Made by a program: the position numbers and the translations under genes
Assembly (NCBI GenBank): GCA_963766715.1
Contig: CAVYBH010000002.1
Span: 32,001 to 96,000 of the forward strand
DNA from: an uncultured delta proteobacterium
GTDB taxonomy: Bacteria; Myxococcota; Myxococcia; Myxococcales; Anaeromyxobacteraceae
DNA: 64,000 nt
Direction: 5' to 3'
Shown: in pieces, positions 21,740-30,367 of the stretch
How the letters are laid out: the number at the start of each line of letters is the position of its first letter
Position numbering within the stretch: the first letter of the stretch is position 1
Notes under the pieces: model-generated
Databases searched by the model: none
Seen by the model: the letters and a program-made list of their open reading frames with translations, nothing else
What the model was told of the DNA's origin: nothing

Positions 21740-23054
21740 CTACTTCTTGGTCCCGGCCCGGAGGCGGGCCAGCCGCTCTCCCAGCTCCTTCTCCAGCCCG
21801 GAGGTCGAGAGCTCGACGACGCGGCTTCCGCGCAGCACGTCGGGCAGGTACTCCTCGGCGACGTAGTGCCCGTCGAAGTTGTGCGGGTAGCGGTAGCCGC
21901 CGCCGTACCCCATCGTCTCCATCAGCTTCGTGGGCGCGTTGCGCAGCTTGAGGGGCACGGGCAGGGGACCCTTCTCGAGCACCAGCTTCCGCGCCGCCGC
22001 GTACGCGGCGATGACCGTGTTCGACTTGGGCGCGAGCGCCAGGTAGGTGACCGCCTGGGTGAGGGGAAGGACGCCCTCGGGCATGCCCACGAGCTCGAGC
22101 GCCTGCAGGGCGGAGGTGGCGACCAGGAGGGCCCGTGGATCGGCGTTCCCCACGTCCTCGCTCGCGAAGATGACCATGCGCCGGGCCACGAAGCGCGGCT
22201 CCTCGCCGCCCTCGAGCATCCGGACCATGTAGTAGACGGCGGCGTCGGGGTCCGAGCCCCGCATCGACTTGATGAAGGCGCTCGAGAGAGTCGTAGTGCT
22301 GCTCGCCGGCCTTGTCGTAGGGCAGCGGCTTGTGCTGCATCGCCTCCTCGGCATCGGCGAGCACGATCTCCTCCCGGCCGGCCAGGCGCACCGCGGCCGC
22401 GGCCGACTCGAGGGCGACCAGCGCCCGGCGCGCGTCCCCGTAGGCCGAGCGCGCCATCGCCTCGCGGGCCTCCGGCGACAGCCGGACGGCTCCGGCCAGG
22501 CCCAGCGGCGAGGCGACCGCCCTCTCGAGGAGCGTGCCCACCTCCTCGTCGGTGAGGGCGCGCAGCGTCACCACCCGGCAGCGGGACAGGAGCGCGCCGT
22601 TGATCTCGAAGGAGGGATTCTCGGTGGTGGCCCCGACGAGCGTGATGGTTCCCGCCTCGACGTGGGGCAGGAAGGCGTCCTGCTGGGAGCGGGTGAAGCG
22701 GTGGATCTCGTCGACGAAGAGGATGGTCCGCTGCCGGTGGAGCCGCTTGCGCTCCCGGGCGGCGGCCACGATCTCCCGGATCTCCTTCACGCCGCCCAGG
22801 ACGGCGGAGAAGGGGACGAAGGTGGCCCCGGTGCGCTCGGCCACGATGTGCGCGAGCGTGGTCTTCCCCGTCCCGGGAGGGCCCCAGAGGATGAGGGAGG
22901 GGACCTGGTCGGCCTCGATGGCGCGCCGCAGCGCGCTCTGCGGCCCGAGCACGTGCTCCTGGCCGACGAAGTCCTCCAGGCGGCGGGGCCGGAGCCGCTC
23001 CGGGAGCGGCTTCGACGCGTCGTCCCGATCGAGTGCGTGGTCGAACAGGTCCAT
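21740..23054 (-). CDS. rarA: Replication-associated recombination protein A (frameshift near 22290)
   Basis: PLPERLRP, WGPPGTGKTT, FVDEIHRF, GATTENPSF, SAFIKSMRGSDPDA, ASEDVGNADP. Confidence 0.93.
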
Positions 23055-23082
23055 GGGGCCGGGACAATATATATTGCCGCGG

Positions 23083-23925
23083 ATGGAAACCCTGCCCTGC
23101 TCCGTGCCCCGTCGGGTCGGCATCGTCCCGAAGAAGTCCTCGGCGGAGGCCAGCGAGACGGCCGTCTACGTCGAGCGCTTCCTGCGGCAGAAGGGTGTGG
23201 AGGTCCTCCTCGACGAGGAGGCCATCGGGCGCGACGCCGATCTGGTCGTGGTCCTGGGGGGCGACGGGACCCTCATCCACGCGGCCCACCTGCTCAAGGG
23301 ACGCGACGCCCCCATCCTGGGCGTGAACATGGGCAGCCTGGGCTTCATGACCGAGGTCCCGCAGAGCGAGATGTACCCGGCCCTCGACCTCGTGCTCGCC
23401 GGCAAGGGCACGGTCTCGCCCCGCATGAAGCTGCGCGTGCACCTCCACCGCGGCGGGCAGGCCGGCGCCCCCGAGCTCGACGCCGAGGTCCTGAACGACG
23501 CCGTCATCTCCAAGGGGGCGTTCTCCCCCATGGCGGAGCTCGACACGTCGTACGGCGACGCCTTCCTCACCACCTTCAAGGCGGACGGGGTCATCGTCGC
23601 CACGCCCACCGGCTCCACCGCCTATTCCCTGGCGGCGAACGGCCCCATCGTCTACCCCACCATGCGCGGCGTGATCCTCACGCCCATCTGCCCGCACACC
23701 CTGACCCAGCGGCCGCTGGTCGTGCCCGACGGCCAGCGCATCAGCATCGTCCTGCTGAACGACGCGGCGGTGTACCTGTCGCTCGACGGGCAGACCGGCG
23801 TGCCCCTCCACCGGGGCGACAAGGTCCAGGTGAAGTCGTCCCCGAACCGGGTGCTGCTCGTCCAGAACCCCAACTTCCACTTCTTCGGGATCCTCCGGGC
23901 CAAGCTGCGCTGGGGCGAGCGCTGA
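23083..23925 (+). CDS. nadK: NAD(+) kinase
   Basis: LGGDGT, GVNMGSLGFM, LND, DGVIVATPTGSTAYSLA, PICPH. Confidence 0.93.
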   Translation: METLPCSVPRRVGIVPKKSSAEASETAVYVERFLRQKGVEVLLDEEAIGRDADLVVVLGGDGTLIHAAHLLKGRDAPILGVNMGSLGFMTEVPQSEMYPALDLVLAGKGTVSPRMKLRVHLHRGGQAGAPELDAEVLNDAVISKGAFSPMAELDTSYGDAFLTTFKADGVIVATPTGSTAYSLAANGPIVYPTMRGVILTPICPHTLTQRPLVVPDGQRISIVLLNDAAVYLSLDGQTGVPLHRGDKVQVKSSPNRVLLVQNPNFHFFGILRAKLRWGER

Positions 23926-23940
23926 GCCCCGGGCCGAACG

Positions 23941-24486
23941 TCAGGGGAAGCGCAGCCCGAAGGTCGCGACCGCCATCACGCCGTCGAGCTTCACGGTGCC
24001 GAAGGAGTAGCTCGGGGCCAGCCACAGGTACCCCGCCTCCGCACCCAGGGTGAACATGTCCCCGAAGATCAGGTCCAGGCCTCCCGCCCGCCTGGGCGGT
24101 GAACGCGACGGCGTCGAACTGGACCAGGTCGAGGTTGGCGCCGAGCCGGGGCGAACCCCACCCCGCCGTAGAGGTAGGGCACCACCATGCCGAGCGGGAG
24201 GCGGAGCCGGGCCCGCGCCATCATCGGGAAGCAGTTCTCCTGGAGGAGGACGCCGGCCTGGGTGCTGACGATGCCCGCCCAGGCCGAGGCGGTGAAGTAC
24301 TCCCAGTCGTACCCGGCCGCCACCGTCGCGGTGGCCCGGGTCTGGAGGGAGCCGAAGGCTGGACGTGCCGGTGGGGACGTAGGCGCCTCCGCCGATGGCC
24401 GCCCAGAACTCCGCCCGGGCCGGGGACGGCGCCAGCGCGAGGAGGACGAGCAGGGGAGCGAGTCGGGCGGCGCGGGGGAGGGTCAC
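23941..24486 (-). CDS. Small outer-membrane beta-barrel protein (frameshifted)
   Basis: Signal peptide ARA|E; PYLYGGVG; LGAEAGY; terminal GLRF. Confidence 0.65.
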   Translation of the reverse strand: MTLPRAARLAPLLVLLALAPSPARAEFWAAIGGGAYVPTGTSSLRLPPDPGHRDGGGRVRLGVLHRLGLGGHRQHPGRRPPPGELLPDDGAGPAPPPARHGGALPLRRGGVRPGSAPTSTWSSSTPSRSPPRRAGGLDLIFGDMFTLGAEAGYLWLAPSYSFGTVKLDGVMAVATFGLRFP

Positions 24487-24548
24487 GCAGTGAGCCTAAC
24501 GCCCTGGGAGCCGCGCCTCGCATCCGGAAGCGGGAGCTGAACGGGTCC

Positions 24549-24578
24549 ACCCCTGAAAGCTTGCGCAGTGTCAGGGGT
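24549..24578. promoter_or_regulatory. Inverted repeat containing a CTG-N10-CAG candidate LexA box upstream of recN
   Basis: ACCCCTGA-N14-TCAGGGGT; CTGaaagcttgcgCAG at 24553-24568. Confidence 0.5.
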
Positions 24579-24596
24579 CGGTGGCACACTCCGCCC

Positions 24597-26415
24597 ATGC
24601 TGACGACCCTGCGGATCACGGGCTTCGCGGTGGTGGACCAGGTCGAGGTGCACTTCGGCCCGGGCCTGAACGTGCTCACCGGAGAGACCGGGGCCGGCAA
24701 GTCCCTGCTGGTCGGTGCGCTCCACCTGGTCCTCGGCGGTCGCATGAGCGCCGACCTCCTCCGCGAGGGGGCGGACGAGGCCTCGGTCGAGGCGATCTTC
24801 GAGCTGCCGGGCGACCACCCGGCGCTGGCCCGGGTCGAGAGCGCGGGCCTGCCGGCGGGGGAGACCTCGGAGGACGGATCGGTCGAGCTCCTCGTCCGGC
24901 GCGTGGTGACGCGGGCCGGTCGGGGCCGGGTCTTCGTGAACGGGGCCCTCTGCACCCTGGCCGTGCTCGAGTCGACGCTCCGGGGCGCCGTCGACGTCAC
25001 CGGCCAGCACGAGCACGTCTCGCTGCTCGACGCCACCACCCACCTCGACCTCCTCGACGCCTTCGCCGGCGCCGCCGCTCCGGGGGGCCTCCGGGCGCGC
25101 TACCGGGAGCGGTTCACGACGCTGGCCGGGCTGGTGCGGGAGGAGCGGGTCCTCGCCGAGGCCGAGGGCGAGCGGGCGCTCCGTGCCGGCTACCTCTCCT
25201 TCCAGCTCGACGAGCTCGAGGCGGTCAATCCCCTTCCCGGGGGAGGACGCCACCCTGGAGCAGGAACGGAAGCTCCTCGCCGGAGCGGCCAGGCTCGGCG
25301 AGGCCGCGCGGGGCGCCGAGGCGATCGCCTACGGAGAGGAGGGGAGCGCCGCCGAGCGGATCGGCCAGGCCATCCGATCCCTGCAGGATGCCGCGCTCCT
25401 CGATCCCCGGCTCGACGAGCCGCTCGGGCTTCTTCGCTCCGCGGCGGCGGAGGTCGAGGAGGCCGGCCGTGGGCTCGCCCGGTACGCCGGAAGCCTGGAG
25501 GGCGATCCCGAGCGCCTGGCCGCGGTCGACGACCGGGTCGCGGCGCTGCGCGCGCTGGCCCGCAAGCACGGGGGAAGCCTCGAGGCGGCCCTCGCCCGCC
25601 GCGAGGCCATGCGGGTCGAGCTGGCCAGCCTCACCGGCGCGGAGGGGAGGCGGGAGGAGGTCGCACGGGAGGCCGCGGTCCTCGCCAAGGAGGCAGCGGC
25701 CCTGGCCGCCGACCTGGGTCGCGAGCGCCAGCGGGCGGCGCGGGCCTTCTGCCGGGCAGTGGCCGAGGAGCTCGAGGCGCTCGCCATGGCCAGGTGCCGG
25801 GTCGAGGTGACCTTCTCGCCACCGGGCGGGTCCATCGAGGTCGCCGGGCACCGGCTCGGGCCCGCCGGCGCGGAGACGGCCGAGATCCTCATCGCGCCCA
25901 ACCCCGGTGAGCCGGCGAGGCCGCTCGCCCGGGTGGCGTCCGGCGGCGAGCTTTCGCGGGTGCTCCTGGCGGTCAAGCGGGCGCTGTCCCGGGCCGACCC
26001 GGTCCGTTCCTACGTCTTCGACGAGGTGGATGCCGGCATCGGCGGGGCGGTGGCCGAGGCGGTGGGCAGGGCGCTCGCCGAGGTGGCCAGGGACCGGCAG
26101 GTGATCTGCGTCACGCACCTGCCGCAGGTGGCCGCCTTCGCCGACCGGCACGCCCGGGTCGAGAAGCGGGTGGCCGCCGGCCGGACCACCACGGCGGTGG
26201 TCCCGCTCGACGCCGAAGGCGAGCGGCGCGCCGAGGTGGCGCGGATGCTGGCCGGCCATACCGTCACGGCCTCCGCGCTCGACCACGCGGCCGCCCTCAT
26301 CGCCGGCGCCCGGGCCCGGGACGGCCGGAAGGGGGCTGTCCCCGCCCGTGCAGGTGCGGCCCGCGGGGCCCGGGGGCCCGCTCGCGGGAGGGCGGCGGCG
26401 GTGGCCCGCGCGTGA
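24597..26415 (+). CDS. recN: DNA repair protein RecN (frameshift near 25240)
   Basis: LNVLTGETGAGKS, GQHEH, NPGEPARPLARVASGGELSR, FDEVDAGIGG, QVICVTHLPQVA. Confidence 0.95.
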
Positions 26416-26430
26416 GGCGGTGCGCAGTCG

Positions 26431-26460
26431 TTGACCCGCGCTGGAGGGCGGGGATACCAT
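26431..26460 (+). promoter_or_regulatory. Candidate sigma70 promoter of the PP2C gene
   Basis: TTGACC-N18-TACCAT. Confidence 0.5.
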
Positions 26461-26471
26461 CCGCGCCGCTC

Positions 26472-27239
26472 GTGGCCCCCTCTCGACCATTGTCCATCGC
26501 CGCGAGAGGCGTGACCGACGTCGGGCGGCGCCGCGAGCACAACGAGGACGCCCTGCTCGTCGACCACGAGCTGGGGCTCTTCGTGGTCGCCGACGGGATG
26601 GGCGGGCACGCGGGCGGCGGGACGGCATCGTCCATCGCCGTCTCCACCATCCAGAAGAGCGTGCGCGCGGCGCGCTCCTCGGCGCCGGCTCCCGAGGCGA
26701 GTCCTTTCCCCACCGTGCTTCGCCTGGCCGTCGAGGACGCCTGCCGGGCCATCTACCGGGCCGCCCAGGAGGATCCGAGCCTGGCCGGGATGGGCACCAC
26801 CGTCACCGCCGCCCTGCTCGTCGGGCACAACATCTACCTGGCCCACGTCGGCGACAGCCGCTGCTACCTGGTCCGGGGTGGGCGCATCTTCCAGCTCTCC
26901 GAGGATCACTCCCTCGTGAACGAGCAGCTCAAGGCGGGCGCCATCACCGAGGCGGAGGCCCGCTCGAGCCGCTTCCGAAACATCATCACCCGGTCGGTGG
27001 GCTTCGAGGAGGAAGTGCTCGTCGACGTGGTCGAGCTCGACGTCGAGCGGGGGGACGTGATCGTCCTTTGCTGCGACGGCCTCTCCAACCTCGTCGCCGA
27101 CCCGGAGATCCTGGAGATCGCCTCGGGGGCGCCGCTGGACGATGCGCCAGAGCGACTCGTGGCGCTCGCCAACGAGCGTGGCGGGGACGACAACATCACG
27201 GTGATCGTGGTGCGGGTGGACGGGGAGAAGAAGGCGTAA
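26472..27239 (+). CDS. PP2C-family Ser/Thr phosphatase (Stp1/PrpC-like); start approximate
   Basis: TDVGRRREHNED, VADGMGGH, MGTT, HVGDSR, DHS, CCDGL, GGDDNITV. Confidence 0.93.
   Translation: MAPSRPLSIAARGVTDVGRRREHNEDALLVDHELGLFVVADGMGGHAGGGTASSIAVSTIQKSVRAARSSAPAPEASPFPTVLRLAVEDACRAIYRAAQEDPSLAGMGTTVTAALLVGHNIYLAHVGDSRCYLVRGGRIFQLSEDHSLVNEQLKAGAITEAEARSSRFRNIITRSVGFEEEVLVDVVELDVERGDVIVLCCDGLSNLVADPEILEIASGAPLDDAPERLVALANERGGDDNITVIVVRVDGEKKA
27196..27239 (+). repeat. Copy 1 of direct repeat (native PP2C 3' end; putative att core)
   Basis: TCACGGTGATCGTGGTGCGGGTGGACGGGGAGAAGAAGGCGTAA. Confidence 0.85.
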
Positions 27240-27243
27240 CGTT

Positions 27244-27277
27244 CCGGCATCTCCCTTTCGCCGCAGGGGAGAGCCGG
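27244..27277. terminator. Hairpin between convergent PP2C and AraC genes
   Basis: CCGGCATCTCCCT-ttcgccgc-AGGGGAGAGCCGG imperfect stem; no clear U-tract. Confidence 0.35.
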
Positions 27278-27309
27278 CAGACGCTGACGTTGCGCCCGCT
27301 CGCCCCCCG

Positions 27310-28359
27310 TCAGCCCGGGTCGCGCCCCGTACGATCCATTCGCGCCCGGCGCCGCCATCCGGCAGGAGGAACGCCAAAGTGACGCTTGAAGGCGCGGCCA
27401 AACGCGGCCTCGGATTCGTAGCCGGTTCCCTGCGCGATTCCCTTCAGCGGCTGGCTTGTCGTTCGCAGGAGGTTTGCCGCGACCTGGAGACGCCATCGTG
27501 CGAGGTAGTGCACGGGGGGCATACCAAGCCGGCGCGTGAAGCGCTCGGCGAGCACCGTGCGGGACACCCCCACGCGGCGGGCAAGCGAATCGACGGTCCA
27601 CGGATCGGCAGGTGCGCGGTGGATCAGCGCGAGCGCGCTCGCGACGACGGGATCGCCAGACGCGGCCAGCCATCCGACCCGGGCGTCGCCGGCCGAGCGC
27701 ATGTGGTCGCGAAGGACCTCGACGAACATCAGCTCGACCAGGCGCGAAATTACCGATCGGGAACCAGGGCCGGGGCGAGCGGCCTCGTGGGCGGTGTATC
27801 GGATCGCGGTCGCCAGCCAGCGGGCGCGCGGATCCGAACCGGGGCGGGCGTGAAGCAGGAGAGGAAGGTTGCGAAGGAAGGGATCGAGGAGAAGATCCTC
27901 GCAGCTGACGAAGCCGCAGACGATCCTCGCCAGGGCTCCCTTCCCGCCGTGGCGCACCAGGGGCGCCTCATCCCACGGCGGGTGCGGGAGGACGGCTCCG
28001 ACGGGCTCCGTTGCGGCCTCCTTCTCGCCGCCAAGACGGTGGCCGGAGCCCTGGGGGAGGAGGACGGCCTCGCCCGCGGAGACCCGGACGCGGGTCCCGT
28101 CGCCTGCATGGACCCAGAAGGAGCCCTCATCCGCGACGTGGAAGGGGACCACGTTCTCCACGCAACCGGGGAGCATGCGCGCCATGTCGCGAGCGTCCGG
28201 GATGGCGATCCCCCAGGGCTCCCTGAACTCGGCGCGGAAGAGGACGGCGCCCGAGATGTGCACGGTCGCGAGCAGATCGGAAAGCACGTCCACCTGGGGC
28301 GTGCGCGTCGGGGACGAATCCTCCGACGTCCCAGCATGGATTCCCGGAGACCCGGTCAT
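27310..28359 (-). CDS. AraC-family regulator with Cupin_6 sensor domain
   Basis: DVLSDLL...PWG, FHV..GS.W, GEAVLLPQG, WTVDSLARRVGVSR, GYESEAAFGRAFKR. Confidence 0.9.
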   Translation of the reverse strand: MTGSPGIHAGTSEDSSPTRTPQVDVLSDLLATVHISGAVLFRAEFREPWGIAIPDARDMARMLPGCVENVVPFHVADEGSFWVHAGDGTRVRVSAGEAVLLPQGSGHRLGGEKEAATEPVGAVLPHPPWDEAPLVRHGGKGALARIVCGFVSCEDLLLDPFLRNLPLLLHARPGSDPRARWLATAIRYTAHEAARPGPGSRSVISRLVELMFVEVLRDHMRSAGDARVGWLAASGDPVVASALALIHRAPADPWTVDSLARRVGVSRTVLAERFTRRLGMPPVHYLARWRLQVAANLLRTTSQPLKGIAQGTGYESEAAFGRAFKRHFGVPPAGWRRRARMDRTGRDPG

Positions 28360-28436
28360 GGCCTCGCTCCAAAGCACGGCTAGTAGACCTTCGCCTGTCG
28401 GGAATGACCCCGACCGAATTGCGAAGGAGCCTATCC

Positions 28437-28805
28437 ATGGCCGAAGAAGCGCGCAATCTGGTGGTGATGATCACGCATGGAATCGACCACGAGCTATCGT
28501 CGGTCGGCTTCACGCTCGCATGCGGGGGGATGACGGCTGGGATGAAGGTTTCGGTCTTCTTGACGAGTTCAGGCGTGGACATCGTCAGGAAGAGTGCGGC
28601 GGACACCACTCACGTGAAGCCCCTCGACCCGCTCCTGGATCTGATCCACGACTTTCTACGTCGAGGTGGGAAGGTCTGGGCGTGCACGCCCTGCGCGAAG
28701 GCACGGGGTTACGGGCCGGAGGATCTCATCGAGGGCGTGGAAATCGCGGGCGCAGCGGGGATGCACGCCTTGCTCAAGGCCGGCGCCGCGTCGCTCTGCT
28801 TCTGA
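28437..28805 (+). CDS. DsrE/DsrF-like protein
   Basis: AAGGAG RBS; VSVFLTSSGV, GGKVWACTPCAKARG, LIEGVEIAGA. Confidence 0.85.
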   Translation: MAEEARNLVVMITHGIDHELSSVGFTLACGGMTAGMKVSVFLTSSGVDIVRKSAADTTHVKPLDPLLDLIHDFLRRGGKVWACTPCAKARGYGPEDLIEGVEIAGAAGMHALLKAGAASLCF

Positions 28806-29018
28806 GCCTTCCGGTGCCACTCGTTCCAGAGCTTCAACCCGACGGGGCCCCGGCTCATAGTGGGCTCGGGGCTCTGGTCGTTGACGGGCGCAACGGCGCC
28901 GGAGGAGCCGATCGATGATGAGCGATGGCGGTTTCCCGTTCCCACTCCGTTCCCACTGCGAGGCCTCCCAGGAGCCCCTGGGAGCGATTTTCGGACCCGC
29001 CCCGGTACGCAGCTACTG

Positions 29019-29087
29019 GGAGGCGTACCCCGGACCATCACCCTCACGGTGATCGTGGTGCGGGTCGACGGGGCGGGCCGACCCTGA
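29019..29087 (+). repeat. Copy 2: conserved arm plus PP2C 3'-end copy
   Basis: GGAGGCGTACCCCGG-accat-CACCC then core 29044-29073, 29/30 identical to 27196-27225; stop codon at the same offset (TVIVVRVDGAGRP*). Confidence 0.88.
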
Positions 29088-29157
29088 CGGCCTGGATCGG
29101 CCTCACGGCCCAGACGCGCAGTTCCCCAGGTAGGGATTGAAGGCCGCCCTGCGGACC

Positions 29158-30174
29158 TCACGACGAGGGGTAGGCGTCGGCAACGCTCAGCACGCGCCCC
29201 AGTAGCGCCGGGTCGGGGCTGAGCGCTCCTCGCGAGATGGCTCGCACCGTCTCCACGATTGCCGCGTTCAACGGTACCGGAACGCCGCTCTGGCGCCCGC
29301 AGTCGACGACGTAGCCGTTGATGAAGTCGATCTCCGTCGGGCGTCCCTGCTCGAAATCCTGGAGCATCGAGGGCTTCACGTCGCCGTAGCCCCGGAGGAC
29401 CTCCGCGAGCCACGCCTCGTAGGCGGGGCCGGGCCTGGGCGGAGGCACCGCCTCGACCAGCATGGGCTCCGGCCGCACGCCGGTTGCCAGGGCCACCGCC
29501 AGCGCCTCTTCGTAGGTCGCCTCGAAGAGGGCTCGGCCCGCGGGTGCAGAGAGGTACTCGCGCAGGGTCAGGCCCGCGACTGCGCCGATCGTGGTGACCG
29601 AGCAGTTGAGCAGCAGCTTCGACCAGACCGCGCCCTGGATGTTGGGCGTCACGCGGACTTCGACGGCGCGCCCCAGCCAATCCCGGACCTGCTTCGCCCG
29701 CGGGCTGACCCCGCCGTCCAGTTCCCCGATGAGCAGGTGGCCGGTGTTGCGCTGCGCGTACACCCCCGGCGCCACCATCGTCGCCCCGAGGTTCGAGAGA
29801 CCGCCAAGAACGCGCCGATCCCGGAGCCGATCGGCGATGGCTCGGGCGACGCCACCGTTCTGGATGGGCAGGAGCGTGCCGGCAGGCGCCAGGAGACGGG
29901 CCAGCCGCGGCGCCACCTCGACCGCCTCACGAGCCTTCGTGGCCAGCACGATCAGCTCGAACGCGTCGGCCGGGTGGTATTCGTCCGCCGCCGCGACCTC
30001 GGGGGTGTCCACCTGCACGGCGCCGCCCAGACCCGTCACCCGGAGACCACTGGCCCTGAGCCTTTCCGCCGACTCCCGGGTCCGGGTGGCCAGCCGGACG
30101 GGCGAGCCGGCCGCTTGCAGGCGAGCCGCTATCAGGCCTCCGAGCGCACCGATCCCGACCACCAGGGTCTTCAT
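29158..30174 (-). CDS. Ketopantoate reductase family protein (PanE/ApbA)
   Basis: GIGALGG, LATK, IQNG, WSKLLLN, SMLQD...TEIDFING. Confidence 0.88.
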   Translation of the reverse strand: MKTLVVGIGALGGLIAARLQAAGSPVRLATRTRESAERLRASGLRVTGLGGAVQVDTPEVAAADEYHPADAFELIVLATKAREAVEVAPRLARLLAPAGTLLPIQNGGVARAIADRLRDRRVLGGLSNLGATMVAPGVYAQRNTGHLLIGELDGGVSPRAKQVRDWLGRAVEVRVTPNIQGAVWSKLLLNCSVTTIGAVAGLTLREYLSAPAGRALFEATYEEALAVALATGVRPEPMLVEAVPPPRPGPAYEAWLAEVLRGYGDVKPSMLQDFEQGRPTEIDFINGYVVDCGRQSGVPVPLNAAIVETVRAISRGALSPDPALLGRVLSVADAYPSS

Positions 30175-30367
30175 GGCGGCGCAGTGTACCTCGCGGGTCT
30201 TGCGGGTGATGCACCCTGGACCCGGGGTTCCCGCGTCGCCGGCCGGGACGTCCTCGCTGCGAGAGGCGACGGCCGGTTGGGCTCCCAGGTCCCTGGCCCC
30301 CGCGATGCATCAATCAGGCGCGCCTGGACAGGAGCCTGGGTCCGCGGGCTCCCCCAGCGGAGACACC

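Larger units (their letters stand above)
27240..29087. mobile_element. Putative integrase-less islet 1 (AraC + DsrE) bounded by PP2C 3'-end repeats
   Basis: Flanked by repeat copies 1 and 2 (cores 1848 bp apart); visibly more A/T-ending codons than flanking genes. Confidence 0.65.
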
